From NCBI GenBank assembly GCA_036559965.1, contig DATBSD010000136.1, forward strand, positions 1,640 to 65,639: a stretch of 64,000 nucleotides of DNA, written 5' to 3'. Position 1 is the first letter of the stretch; each line of letters begins with the position of its first letter. A program made the position numbers and the translations under genes. The notes under the pieces were generated by a model, which searched no databases, had not been told where the DNA came from, and saw nothing but the letters and a program-made list of their open reading frames with translations. This stretch comes from Candidatus Limnocylindrales bacterium. Its GTDB lineage: Bacteria; Chloroflexota; Limnocylindria; Limnocylindrales; CSP1-4. This document shows positions 49,434 through 59,000 of the stretch, piece after piece.

Positions 49434-49622
49434 ATGTCCCTCTCTCCCATCGTCAACGCGCGCGCCGCTCGTGCGGCGCTTGCGATCTCTCTGCTGGTGC
49501 TCGTCATGCTGGTGACGGCCGCGTACGCTGGCTCGCAGGATCCCATCCCGGTCGAGCCCGACGGCGGCATCGGCGGCGAGGTCGTCCTCCCGGTCGAGCC
49601 CGACGGCGGCATCGGCGACTGA
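49434..49622 (+). CDS. small secreted peptide with a tandem 12-residue repeat
   Basis: ATG after AAGGAAAC; predicted signal peptide (ARAARAALAISLLVLVMLVTAAYA|GS), mature acidic part QDPI-PVEPDGGIGGEVVL-PVEPDGGIGD. Confidence 0.45.
   Translation: MSLSPIVNARAARAALAISLLVLVMLVTAAYAGSQDPIPVEPDGGIGGEVVLPVEPDGGIGD
49548..49619 (+). repeat. 42-bp-period direct repeat (two copies of ccggtcgagcccgacggcggcatcggcg) inside the small peptide gene
   Basis: Identical 28-nt cores at ~49548-49575 and ~49590-49617. Confidence 0.6.
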
Positions 49623-49732
49623 CTCCACCCTTCGACCCTCCCCTGGATGCCCTCGGCTTGTGCCGGGGGCATCACCGTCTCCGCCGCCCTGTACCGCGCC
49701 CGTGGACGGCGGCGGATGCTACCGTGCGCACG

Positions 49733-50251
49733 ATGAGCAGATCCAGCCTCGACGACGCCTTCGGCCACCACATCTGGGCGACCCTGACCCTCATCGATAC
49801 CTGCCTCGCCTTGACCCCGGAGCAGCTCGAGACGAACGTGCCCGGCACGTACGGCTCGATCATCGACACGATGCGTCACCTCGTGGGCGGCGACGCCTCG
49901 TATCTCGTCGCGCTGACAGGGGGCCGCTGGCCGGCCATCGACGAGGAGGTCGAGAAGGGCATGAGCCTCGCCGAGCTGCGGGCGGCCATCGAGGCCGACG
50001 GACCGGCCTGGTCGGCGCTTCTGGCGCAGGACCTCGATCCCGACACCGACGTCATCCGCTACCGCGAGGATGGCAGCGAGAGCCACGCGCCGATGGGCAT
50101 CCGGCTCGCCCAGGCGGTCCACCATGGCACCGACCATCGAAGCCAGATCTGCACGGCGCTGACGACCCTGGGCATCGAGCCGCCGGCCATCGACGTCTGG
50201 GACTACGCCTGGACGGACGGCCGGCTGTCCGAGACCGAGCCGACGTCCTGA
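49733..50251 (+). CDS. DinB/YfiT-like (DinB_2, mycothiol-dependent-enzyme N-terminal-domain-like) metal-binding protein
   Basis: HHIWATLTLIDTCLALTPEQL, DTMRHLVGGDASYL, VHHGTDHRSQ His-rich metal-site pattern of the DinB fold. Confidence 0.65.
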   Translation: MSRSSLDDAFGHHIWATLTLIDTCLALTPEQLETNVPGTYGSIIDTMRHLVGGDASYLVALTGGRWPAIDEEVEKGMSLAELRAAIEADGPAWSALLAQDLDPDTDVIRYREDGSESHAPMGIRLAQAVHHGTDHRSQICTALTTLGIEPPAIDVWDYAWTDGRLSETEPTS

Positions 50252-50273
50252 CGCCGACGCTGATGGTGGGACC

Positions 50274-51254
50274 GTGAAGGCAGCTGTCCGAGACAGCTAC
50301 GGCTCGGTCGATGTCGTCCGGCTCGAGGACGTCGAACCACCGACCCCCGCCGACAGCGAGGTGCTCGTGCGGGTCAAGGTCGCGTCGGTCAACCGGGCCG
50401 ATCTCGATGGGCTCGGCCCGCGACCGGGCATCACCCGGCTCTTCCTCGGCATCAGACGGCCGCGAGAACATCGCCTTGGCTGCGATGTCGCTGGCGTCGT
50501 GGAGTCGGTCGGCGCGAACGTCACGCGCTTCCGGCCGGGCGACACGGTCTTCGCCGATCTCTACCCTTATGGCCAGGGGGCGTTCGCGGAGTTCGCCTGC
50601 GCACCGGAGAAGGCGTTCCTGCGGGTGCCGACCGGGCTGGCGCTCGACGAGGCGGTGACCCTCCCGCACTCGGCCATCCTCGCGCTCCAGGGGCTTCGGC
50701 TCCGTTCGGGGCGATCGATCCGTCCCGGCGACCACGTCCTCATCGACGGCGCGTCGGGCAACGTCGGCCCCTTCGCGGTCCAGCTCGCGAAGTCGATGGG
50801 CGCCGAGGTGACCGGCTCGTGCAGCCCGGCCAAGATGGATCTCGTGCGCTCGGTCGGCGCCGACCACGTCATCGACTACACCACGGTCGACTACACGCGG
50901 GCCGACGAGCGCTACGACTGGATCCTCGATGTCGACGGCCATCACCCGATGCTCCGCTGCCGGCGGGCCCTCAAGCCGGGCGGCGCCTACGTCACCATCG
51001 GCGGGTCCAACGCGACCCTCCTCGAGGCGCTCCTGCTGGGGCCGCTGCTGTCTCTCATCGGTGACCGCTTCCTGGGCCTCATGATCTGGTGGAAGCCGTT
51101 CAAGGCCGCGGACGTGGCCACCCTGACCGAGCTCATCGCAGCCGGCACGCTGCGGCCCGTCATCGACCGCCGCTTCCCGCTTGCCGCCGTCGTCGACGCG
51201 CTGCGCTACGTCGACGACGGCCACGCCCGCGGCAAGGTCCTCGTCACCGTCTGA
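50274..51254 (+). CDS. zinc-type alcohol dehydrogenase / NADPH:quinone oxidoreductase (MDR superfamily)
   Basis: GTG start; MKAAV...VLVRVKVASVNRADL, GASGNVGPFAVQLAK cofactor motif, C-terminal GKVLVTV. Confidence 0.8.
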   Translation: MKAAVRDSYGSVDVVRLEDVEPPTPADSEVLVRVKVASVNRADLDGLGPRPGITRLFLGIRRPREHRLGCDVAGVVESVGANVTRFRPGDTVFADLYPYGQGAFAEFACAPEKAFLRVPTGLALDEAVTLPHSAILALQGLRLRSGRSIRPGDHVLIDGASGNVGPFAVQLAKSMGAEVTGSCSPAKMDLVRSVGADHVIDYTTVDYTRADERYDWILDVDGHHPMLRCRRALKPGGAYVTIGGSNATLLEALLLGPLLSLIGDRFLGLMIWWKPFKAADVATLTELIAAGTLRPVIDRRFPLAAVVDALRYVDDGHARGKVLVTV

Positions 51255-51321
51255 CGTCAGCGCCGCCCGCGCGCCTCCGGGCGCGGCGGCTGGGAAACCA
51301 GCAAGCTGGTATGCTGGCGTC

Positions 51322-51576
51322 ATGAAGATCACGCTCGACCTCCCGGCGGACCTCTACCGCGCGATCAAGGTCGAGGCGGCGCGGGGGGATCGGAGCGTCC
51401 GCGACGTCGTGGCCGAGGCGCTCGAGGGCTGGCTGGAAGCCGGCGAGGCGGCGGAGGACCGCGCATCGGCCAAGGCCGCGCTCGAGGAATATCGGCGCGA
51501 GGGTGGGGAGTCGGCGGAGGCCTTCTTCCGGCACCTCGCCGCGGAGACGCGGGCGGCCTACGGCGAAGGGGAGTGA
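51322..51576 (+). CDS. type II antitoxin (ribbon-helix-helix / ParD-CopG-like)
   Basis: 84 aa, MKITLDLPADLYRAIKVEAARGDRSVRDVV RHH N-terminus; stop overlaps the toxin start (GTGA). Confidence 0.6.
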   Translation: MKITLDLPADLYRAIKVEAARGDRSVRDVVAEALEGWLEAGEAAEDRASAKAALEEYRREGGESAEAFFRHLAAETRAAYGEGE

Positions 51577-51848
51577 GGGACCGGCCGCGCTACCGGGTCG
51601 AGCTCGCCCCCGCCGCTGCGCGTGAGCTGCGTCGATTGCCGCCCGGTGACGCGGCGAGCCTGCGCGGCCCGATCCTGGCCCTCGCGCTCGACCCACGGCC
51701 TCGGGGCACGCTCAAGCTCAAGGGCACCGACCTCTGGCGCCTGCGGATCGGTCAGCTCCGGATGATCTTCCTGGTCGATGATGTTGCGCGCCTCGTCGTC
51801 GTGCTCCGCGTCGCGCGCCGGTCCGAGCGCACCTACCGAAGCGGCTGA
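51573..51848 (+). CDS. type II toxin, RelE/ParE family
   Basis: 91 aa; YRVELAPAAARELRRLP...LKGTDLWRLRIGQLRMIFLVDD...LVVVLRVARRSE matches the ParE/RelE fold pattern. Confidence 0.6.
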   Translation: MRDRPRYRVELAPAAARELRRLPPGDAASLRGPILALALDPRPRGTLKLKGTDLWRLRIGQLRMIFLVDDVARLVVVLRVARRSERTYRSG

Positions 51849-51863
51849 GGCAGCCTCGAGTGG

Positions 51864-52757
51864 TCAGCGGCCCCTGGCGTAGCCCGTCGCGATGAGCTTG
51901 TCCCAGAGCGAGCCGGCGTTGTTGTTCTGGATGTGATCCATCATGTAGCCCTGCCCGACGTCGACCGGCCCGAACTGGTCGTCGAAGCGGACGCGGGCGA
52001 TGGTCTCCTCTCGTGTCCAGCCCTTGGCCGCGGCATCGGCCACGGCCGCCTTCCATGCCAGCAGCACGGCACGCTGGGTGAGGACGTAGTCAAGCGTCAC
52101 GACCGGCCCATGGCCCGGGACGACGTGATCGACGTCGAGCTGGCGGATGCGCTCGAGCGCCTCGATCCATTGGTCCACATTGGACGTCATGAGCCACGTC
52201 TGGCAGCCGCTGAAGATGGTGTCGCCGGTGAACACGGCGCGCTCCTCGGGCACGTGGATGGCCAGCTGGCCGGGCGTGTGGCCGGGTGTCCAGAGGCAGT
52301 GGAAGGTGTGGTCGCCGACGCGCAGCGTCAAGTCGCCCGTGAACACGAGGGTCCCCTTGTTGGGGTCCTCGTAGTAGACATCGCGGTCGGGGAGGATCGA
52401 GGCCGCGTCGGGGTCGTCGGTCGGGATCGCTTCCAGCGCGTAGGCGAACGGGTCGAGCGCCGCGTTGGGGTCCATGAAGTTGTCGTACAGGCCCTGGTGG
52501 TTGACGACCTCCACGCCTTTGAACCAGTAGTTGCCGAAGATGTGGTCGACGTGGTGCTCGGTGTTGATGAGGTAGCGGATCGGACCGTGGGACTCGGCGG
52601 CGGCGCGCATGGCCACGGCCATCGTCGGCAGCTGCGGCGTATCGATGTGGACGACGCCATCCGAGGTGACCACGAAGCTCGGGTTGCAGCCGCGCAAAGT
52701 CGTCGTCGTGTGGATGGCGGCGCCTACGCGCTCGAGCTCGAGGGTGGGGGTCGGCAT
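51864..52757 (-). CDS. MBL-fold metallo-hydrolase
   Basis: HxHxDH motif EHHVDHIFG, downstream TPGHTPG and PGHGP metal ligands. Confidence 0.8.
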   Translation of the reverse strand: MPTPTLELERVGAAIHTTTTLRGCNPSFVVTSDGVVHIDTPQLPTMAVAMRAAAESHGPIRYLINTEHHVDHIFGNYWFKGVEVVNHQGLYDNFMDPNAALDPFAYALEAIPTDDPDAASILPDRDVYYEDPNKGTLVFTGDLTLRVGDHTFHCLWTPGHTPGQLAIHVPEERAVFTGDTIFSGCQTWLMTSNVDQWIEALERIRQLDVDHVVPGHGPVVTLDYVLTQRAVLLAWKAAVADAAAKGWTREETIARVRFDDQFGPVDVGQGYMMDHIQNNNAGSLWDKLIATGYARGR

Positions 52758-52801
52758 GTCAGGGGTCTCCGGCTATCGGCGACGCGGTCGGCAGGCGGGC
52801 G

Positions 52802-53587
52802 TCATTGGGTCGCGGTCAGGCCGCCGTCGATGCCCAGCACCTGGCCGGTCACGAACGACGCCGCATCCGAGCACAGGAAGATGGCGGGGCCGACGAGATC
52901 GCTGGTCTCGCCCACCCGGCCGAGCGGGATGCGCCCGACGACTCCGGCCTTGAAGGCAGGGTCCTCCAGCAGCATCGCCACCTGGGGCGTGTCGACGAAC
53001 GTTGGCATGATCGCGTTGACCCGGATGCGGTGCTTGGCCCACTCGGTCGCCCACTGCCGCGTGAGCGAGCTGATGGCGCCCTTGGCGGCGACGTAGGCCG
53101 AGTAGCCGGCGTTGATGCCCAGGTTCGCGCGGACCGACGAGATGTTGAGGATGGCGCCGCCCTGCCCGCGCTCGATCATCGTCGAGGCGACGGCCTGCGT
53201 GGGCACGACCGTGCTGCGCACGTTGAGCTCCATGATCCAGTCCCAGTCCGCGCGTGGGTAGTCCTCGGCCGGGTGAAGTGCTCGGCCAGCGCCACCACCG
53301 ACGGCGTTGACGAGGATGTCGATGCGCCCGAAGCGCCCGACGACCTCGTCCACCATCCGTGCGCAGTCGGCCTCGCTGGTCACGTCCGCCGTAACCGCCA
53401 GGCCATCGCGCCCCAGGGCCTGCACGAGGTCCAGCGTCGTGTCGAGCGTCGCCGCCGTCCGACCGACCACTGCCACGCTGGCGCCAGCGCCGGCCATCGC
53501 CTCGGCCAGCGCGGACCCGATGCCACCGCCGCCACCGGCGATGAGGGCGACGCGCCCGTCGAGGCGAAAGGTGTCCAGGGGTCCCAC
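52802..53587 (-). CDS. SDR-family oxidoreductase
   Basis: GTG start (VGPLDTFRLDGRVALIAGGGGGIGSALA); NAVG motif, catalytic YVAAK. Confidence 0.8.
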   Translation of the reverse strand: MGPLDTFRLDGRVALIAGGGGGIGSALAEAMAGAGASVAVVGRTAATLDTTLDLVQALGRDGLAVTADVTSEADCARMVDEVVGRFGRIDILVNAVGGGAGRALHPAEDYPRADWDWIMELNVRSTVVPTQAVASTMIERGQGGAILNISSVRANLGINAGYSAYVAAKGAISSLTRQWATEWAKHRIRVNAIMPTFVDTPQVAMLLEDPAFKAGVVGRIPLGRVGETSDLVGPAIFLCSDAASFVTGQVLGIDGGLTATQ

Positions 53588-53648
53588 CGTCCTATCATCG
53601 GTCGTCCGGCGCCCGCCCGCTCGCCGCCGGGACCGTAAGATTGGGGCC

Positions 53649-54572
53649 ATGGCGCTCGACCTCGACGGCCTCATCCCGGCCACCGTCCTGCCGATGCACG
53701 CCGATGGCCGGATCGACGAGGGCGGCCTGCGGTCGTACATCGGCTGGGTCGCCGCCCAGGGCCCGGTCGCGCTGGCCATCAACGTCGACACGGGCGAGGG
53801 CCCGCACCTCAGCCACGACGAGAAGGTGCGCGTCCTGACCGTCGTGCGTGAGGTCACCGCGCTGCCCATCGTGGCCGGCCTGGCCGGGCCGTCGACCGAG
53901 GCGGCCGTGCGTCAGGCGCGGGACTTCAAGGCTGCCGGCGCGGACGCGCTGCTCGTCTTCCCCATCCCGGCCTACCTCAGCGAGCCGCTCGATGTCCGCG
54001 TCCCGGTCCGCTACCACGAGGCGATCGCCCAGGTCGGGCTACCGATGATCCTGTTCCAGCTCCAGCCGGCGCTGGCGGGCCTGAACTTCGCGCCCGACAC
54101 GCTCCGGGCGATGGCCGCGGTGGATGGCGTGGTCGCCATCAAGGAGGCATCGTTCGACGCCCGGCGGTTCGTGGACGTGGCCAACCTGCTGGCCGACCTG
54201 CCGCGACCGATCACGCTGCTGACCGGCAACGACAACTTCATCCTCGAGTCGTTCGTGCTCGGTGCGACGGGTGCGCTCATCGGCTTCGGCGCGGTCATGA
54301 CGCGCGAACAGGTCGACATGATCGAGGCCTGGCGATCGGGCCGCATCGACGAGGCCCGACGGCTCGGCCGGCGCGTCCAACGCCTCGCCGATGTCGTGTT
54401 CGCGGCGCCGGTCGGCGACTATCGGGTCCGGCTCAAGGAGTGCCTGCGCATCCTCGGCGTGCTCGAGGCTGCCCACGTGCGCCCGCCGCTGATGCCCATC
54501 GATGACGCCGAGCGGGCGCATCTTGCCGACGTGCTGGCCGAGGTCGGCCTGCTCGAGCCCATCCGCGCCTAG
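53649..54572 (+). CDS. dihydrodipicolinate-synthase-family (DapA/NAL-like) lyase
   Basis: LPMHADGRIDEGGL, Schiff-base Lys in VVAIKEAS, 307 aa; the first 114 codons of the ORF-track entry are extension. Confidence 0.75.
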   Translation: MALDLDGLIPATVLPMHADGRIDEGGLRSYIGWVAAQGPVALAINVDTGEGPHLSHDEKVRVLTVVREVTALPIVAGLAGPSTEAAVRQARDFKAAGADALLVFPIPAYLSEPLDVRVPVRYHEAIAQVGLPMILFQLQPALAGLNFAPDTLRAMAAVDGVVAIKEASFDARRFVDVANLLADLPRPITLLTGNDNFILESFVLGATGALIGFGAVMTREQVDMIEAWRSGRIDEARRLGRRVQRLADVVFAAPVGDYRVRLKECLRILGVLEAAHVRPPLMPIDDAERAHLADVLAEVGLLEPIRA

Positions 54573-56195
54573 GTGCCGGCCGTGTCGACCGAGCCCGCCG
54601 ACGTCCTCATCATCGGCGCCGGAGCATCGGGCGGGGTCGTCGGACTGCGACTGGCCCAGGCCGGCTTCTCGGTCGTCTGCCTCGAGCAGGGGGATTGGCT
54701 GGACCGAGCGACGTACCCAGGCGACAAGCTCGACTGGGAGCTCAAGGCTCGCAAGGACTGGGCGACCAGCCCGAACATCCGCGGCCTGCCGTCGGACTAC
54801 CCCATCGTCGAGGACGACACCCCCGTCTCGCCGCTCATGTACAACGCGGTCGGCGGCTCGACCATCATCTTCGCCGGCGCCTGGCCTCGCGCCCTGCCGT
54901 CCGATTTCCGGGTCCGCTCGCTCGACGGCGTGGCCGATGACTGGCCGATCGACTACTTCGAGCTGCTGCCCTACTTCTATCGCACGGACCGGCAGTTCGG
55001 CGTCTCAGGGCTGCCTGGCGACCCGGCCTATCCCCCGGATGCCGAGGACGCACCGATGCCGCCCCTGCCCATCGGCGCGGCCGGCCTCAAGATCGCACGC
55101 GCACACACCAAGCTGGGCTGGCACTGGTGGCCGGAGTTCAACTCCATCAACTCGACGGCCTACGACGGCCGCCGGCCGTGCGTCCAGCGGAGCACCTGCC
55201 AGTCGGGCTGCAACGAGGGCGCCAAGGCATCGACCGACCTCACCCACTGGCCCAAGGCCATCGCCCTCGGGGCGACGCTCGTGACCGGCGCTCGCGTGCG
55301 CCGGATCGAGACCAACGAGCGCGGGCTGTCGACCGGCGCGACGTGGATCGACGGCGACGGCGCCGAGCACTTCCAGCCGGCCAAGGTCGTCGTCCTGGCC
55401 GCCAACGCCATCGGCACGCCGCGCTTGCTGCTGCTCTCGGCCAACGCGCGCCAGCCCGACGGGCTGGCCAACTCGTCCGGGCTGGTCGGCAAGCGCCTGA
55501 TGATGCATCCCTTCGCCAACGTGGCCGGCCTCTTCGAGGAGCCGCTCATGAGCTGGCAGGGTCAGTTCGGCGATCTCATCGAATCGCTCGAGTTCTACGA
55601 GACCGACGAGCGCCGCGGCTTCGTCCGCGGCGCCCGCTGGGGTCTCGCGCCGACCGGCGGACCGATCAACACGGCGCTGCCCAGCCGGGCCGGCGAGCAG
55701 GCCTGGGGTCCGGGCCACCACGCGCACGTCCGGACGCACCTCGGCCACGGCGCCAATTGGGGGCTCTTCGCCGAGGACCTGCCCGACGAGGCCAACCGCG
55801 TGACCCTCTCGCCGACGGTCACCGACGGGTCCGGCGTGCCGGCACCGGAGATCCACTACACGATGGCCGACAACGCGCGGCGCATGCTCGACTTCCACAT
55901 CGAGCGGGCCAAGGAGTCGATGGACGCCGCGGGGGCGTACAAGATCGAGGTCGATCGGCTGATGCGCTACTCCGGCTGGCACCTCCTGGGCACGGCGCGC
56001 ATGGGCGACGACCCGACGACGTCCGTGCTCGACAGCTGGAACCGGACGCACGACGTGCCCAACCTGTACGTCGTCGACGGCTCCTGCTTCGTGACCTCAT
56101 CGGGCGTCAACCCGACCTCGACCATCGTCTCGATCGCGCTCCGGGCCGCCGATCACATGGTCGAGACGCGCCTCGAGCAGCGGGTGCCGACGTGA
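54573..56195 (+). CDS. GMC-family FAD oxidoreductase
   Basis: ADVLIIGAGASGGVVGLRLA FAD-binding GxGxxG N-terminus, C-terminal PNLYVVDGSCFVTSSGVNPTSTIVSIALRAAD GMC signature. Confidence 0.85.
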   Translation: MPAVSTEPADVLIIGAGASGGVVGLRLAQAGFSVVCLEQGDWLDRATYPGDKLDWELKARKDWATSPNIRGLPSDYPIVEDDTPVSPLMYNAVGGSTIIFAGAWPRALPSDFRVRSLDGVADDWPIDYFELLPYFYRTDRQFGVSGLPGDPAYPPDAEDAPMPPLPIGAAGLKIARAHTKLGWHWWPEFNSINSTAYDGRRPCVQRSTCQSGCNEGAKASTDLTHWPKAIALGATLVTGARVRRIETNERGLSTGATWIDGDGAEHFQPAKVVVLAANAIGTPRLLLLSANARQPDGLANSSGLVGKRLMMHPFANVAGLFEEPLMSWQGQFGDLIESLEFYETDERRGFVRGARWGLAPTGGPINTALPSRAGEQAWGPGHHAHVRTHLGHGANWGLFAEDLPDEANRVTLSPTVTDGSGVPAPEIHYTMADNARRMLDFHIERAKESMDAAGAYKIEVDRLMRYSGWHLLGTARMGDDPTTSVLDSWNRTHDVPNLYVVDGSCFVTSSGVNPTSTIVSIALRAADHMVETRLEQRVPT

Positions 56196-56755
56196 GCGAC
56201 GCGGCGCCGCCCGCCACGGCCTCGGTCGACCCGGTCGGCGCGCTCGACGCCGGTGAGCGGGCGACGTTGCGCGCCGTCGCCGCGTACCTGATCCCGGCCG
56301 CCCACGGGATGCCCTCGGCGGGCGAGGTGCTGACCGACGATCGCCTCCGGTTCGTGCTGGCGGCGAGGCCGGATCAGCTCGCGCCGCTGCGGGCCGCGCT
56401 GCGCGCAGACCTCGGTGACGACGTCGAGGCTCGCCTCGAGACGCTCGGTCGCGACGCGCCGGCGGACCTCGCTGCCCTCCAGCTCGTCGTCGTCGGCGGC
56501 TACTACACCGACCGCGACGTCCGTGAGCGCATCGGCTATCCCGGCCAGATGGCCATCACCGTCCGATCGTGGGAGTTCCCGGCCTATCTCGAGGAGGGCC
56601 TCATCGATGCGGTGCTCGCCCGAGGACCCGTGTGGCGTGATCCGGCGACCGGGCAGCGGGCAGTCTCGACCGAGGCACCACGCACGTACGCGGAGCGCTG
56701 GTCCGCGGCGGCCGGCGCACCCGAAGGAGGACGCGATGGCCACGACGGCGCCTGA
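56192..56755 (+). CDS. small partner subunit of GMC oxidoreductase (gluconate 2-dehydrogenase subunit-3-like)
   Basis: GTGA-coupled to the GMC stop; 187 aa; assignment by position and size, no motif. Confidence 0.4.
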   Translation: MSDAAPPATASVDPVGALDAGERATLRAVAAYLIPAAHGMPSAGEVLTDDRLRFVLAARPDQLAPLRAALRADLGDDVEARLETLGRDAPADLAALQLVVVGGYYTDRDVRERIGYPGQMAITVRSWEFPAYLEEGLIDAVLARGPVWRDPATGQRAVSTEAPRTYAERWSAAAGAPEGGRDGHDGA

Positions 56756-58217
56756 GTCCACGGAGTCGGCCGCGCCGGGCTGGCTCGATCCCTTCCTCGC
56801 CGATTGGACGCCCGGCACCGGTGACGTTCGCGAGACGCGCGAGCCGGCGACCGGTCGCCCGCTGCTGACCCTCGTCCAGTCCACGCCCGACGACGTGGCC
56901 CGGGCCGCGGCGACGGCCGCAGCGGCGCAGCCCGGGTGGGCCGACACGAGCTACAACGAGCGCGCGGCCATCCTCCGGCGGGCAGCCGACATCTACGAGG
57001 CGCACCGACCGGAGTTCGGGACCTGGACGCAGCGTGAGACCGGTGCCGTCCACGGCAAGATGCACCACGAGCAGAACTTCGCCGCCGGCGAGCTTCACGC
57101 CGCCGCGACGATGCCCTTCCAGCCCTACGGCCAGCTCGTGCCGAGCGTCGTGCCCGGCCGGCTGTCGATGCTCCGCCGCGTCCCGGCCGGCGTCATCGGC
57201 GCGATCACGCCGTGGAACTCGCCGTCCGTGCTGGGCATGCGGGTCGTCGCCCCGGCCCTCGCCCTGGGCAACGCCGTCGTGCTCAAGCCCGACCCGCAGA
57301 CGCCGGTCTGCGGCGGCGCGATGTTCGAGGCGGTCTTCCGCGAGGCGGGGCTGCCCGAAGGCCTGCTCCACGTCGTCCTCGGCGGCGCCGACGTCGGCGA
57401 GGCCATCGTCACCGACCCCAAGGTCAACCGGGTCTCGTTCACCGGCTCCACCGCGGCCGGCCGCCGTGTCGGCGCGCTGGCCGGCGAGCGGATCAAGCGC
57501 GTCAGCCTCGAGCTCGGCGGCAACAACGCCTTCGTCGTGCTCGACGATGCGGACCTCGAGGCGGCGGCGTCGGCCGGCGCGTTCGCCTCGTTCCAGTTCC
57601 AGGGTCAGGTCTGCTTCGCGACCGGACGCCACATCGTCCACCGCAGCATCGCCTCGGAGTACATCGGCCTGCTGACCGAGAAGGCGGCACGCCTCCGCCT
57701 CGGCGATCCCTATCGCGAGGACGTGGACCTTGGGCCGATCGTCAACCAGAAGCAGCTCGAGCGTGTCGACGGCATCGTCCGGCGGTCGGTCGATGCCGGA
57801 GCGCGAGTCGTCGTCGGCGGCACGTACGAGGGGCTCTTCTACCGTCCGACCGTGCTCACGGACGTGACGCAGGACTCGGCTGCCTGGCGCGAGGAGATCT
57901 TCGGTCCCGTCGCGCCGGTCGTCGTCTTCGACACCGACGATGAGGCCCTCGCGCTGGCCAACGACAGCGAGTACGGCCTGACGGGCGCCGTCTACTCCCG
58001 TTCGATCTCGCGCGGCCTGGCGCTCGCCCAGCGCTTCAAGTCCGGCATGGTCCATGTCAACGACCAGACCGTGAACGACGAGGCGACCATCCCGTTCGGC
58101 GGCATGGGCGCGTCCGGCACCGCGCGCTACGGCGGCCCCGCCAACTGGGACGAGTTCACCGAGTGGCAGTGGGTCACGGTGCGCGACGATCCCCGTTCCT
58201 ACCCGTTCCCGTACTAG
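56736..58217 (+). CDS. NAD(P)-dependent aldehyde dehydrogenase
   Basis: ATG after GAAGGAGG; LELGGNNAFVV, catalytic Cys in FQGQVCFA, EEIFGPV; overlaps the upstream gene by 20 nt. Confidence 0.9.
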   Translation: MATTAPESTESAAPGWLDPFLADWTPGTGDVRETREPATGRPLLTLVQSTPDDVARAAATAAAAQPGWADTSYNERAAILRRAADIYEAHRPEFGTWTQRETGAVHGKMHHEQNFAAGELHAAATMPFQPYGQLVPSVVPGRLSMLRRVPAGVIGAITPWNSPSVLGMRVVAPALALGNAVVLKPDPQTPVCGGAMFEAVFREAGLPEGLLHVVLGGADVGEAIVTDPKVNRVSFTGSTAAGRRVGALAGERIKRVSLELGGNNAFVVLDDADLEAAASAGAFASFQFQGQVCFATGRHIVHRSIASEYIGLLTEKAARLRLGDPYREDVDLGPIVNQKQLERVDGIVRRSVDAGARVVVGGTYEGLFYRPTVLTDVTQDSAAWREEIFGPVAPVVVFDTDDEALALANDSEYGLTGAVYSRSISRGLALAQRFKSGMVHVNDQTVNDEATIPFGGMGASGTARYGGPANWDEFTEWQWVTVRDDPRSYPFPY

Positions 58218-58225
58218 CGGCCGGC

Positions 58226-58981
58226 GTGAGCGGAGAGCTGGCCGGACGCGTCGTCCTGGTGACCGGCAGCGGCCGCGGCATCGGCGCCGAGGTCGCCGTC
58301 AAGGCGGCCGCCGAGGGGGCGGTCGTGGCCGTCCACTACCTGCGCTCGGCCGAAGGCGCCGAGGAGACGCTCGGCCGCGTCCGCGCCGAGGGTGCCGATG
58401 GCGCCAGCTTCGGCGCCGACCTGGCCGATGGCGCCCAGGCGGTCGGGCTGGTCGAGCAGGTGCTGGGCCGCTTCGGACGCATCGATGCCCTCGTCAACAA
58501 CGCCGGCTTGACGCAGGTCGGCCCCTTCCTCGACATCGAGCCCGCGGAGTGGGAAGCCGTCCTGCGGACTGACCTGACGGCCGCCTTCCACACCTGTCGG
58601 GGCGTGCTGCCGTCGATGCTCGAACGGGGCAACGGCGCGATCGTCAACATCGCCTCGCGGTTGGGGCAGATCGGGGTACCCGAGACGGCCGCCTACAGCG
58701 CGGCCAAGGCCGGGCTGCTGGGGCTCACCCGCGCCCTGGCCCGCGAGTTCGGGCCACGCGGCATCCGCGTCAACGCCGTGGCGCCGGGCATGACCGTGAC
58801 GCAGATGACGACCGACCTGGCGGACAGCGAGGAGGGCCGGCGGCGGCTGCGTGACATGCCGCTCGGACGCTTCGGGCGACCAGACGAGGTCGCCGACGCG
58901 GTCATCTTCCTGCTCTCCGATCGCGCGAGCCTGTTCCTCGGTCAGACGCTCAACCCGAATGCCGGGGGCTACATGCCGTGA
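58226..58981 (+). CDS. SDR-family oxidoreductase (3-oxoacyl-ACP-reductase-like)
   Basis: VVLVTGSGRGIGAEVA, NNAG, catalytic YSAAK. Confidence 0.85.
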   Translation: MSGELAGRVVLVTGSGRGIGAEVAVKAAAEGAVVAVHYLRSAEGAEETLGRVRAEGADGASFGADLADGAQAVGLVEQVLGRFGRIDALVNNAGLTQVGPFLDIEPAEWEAVLRTDLTAAFHTCRGVLPSMLERGNGAIVNIASRLGQIGVPETAAYSAAKAGLLGLTRALAREFGPRGIRVNAVAPGMTVTQMTTDLADSEEGRRRLRDMPLGRFGRPDEVADAVIFLLSDRASLFLGQTLNPNAGGYMP

Positions 58982-59000
58982 GCCCGGCGAGCCGCGTGCG

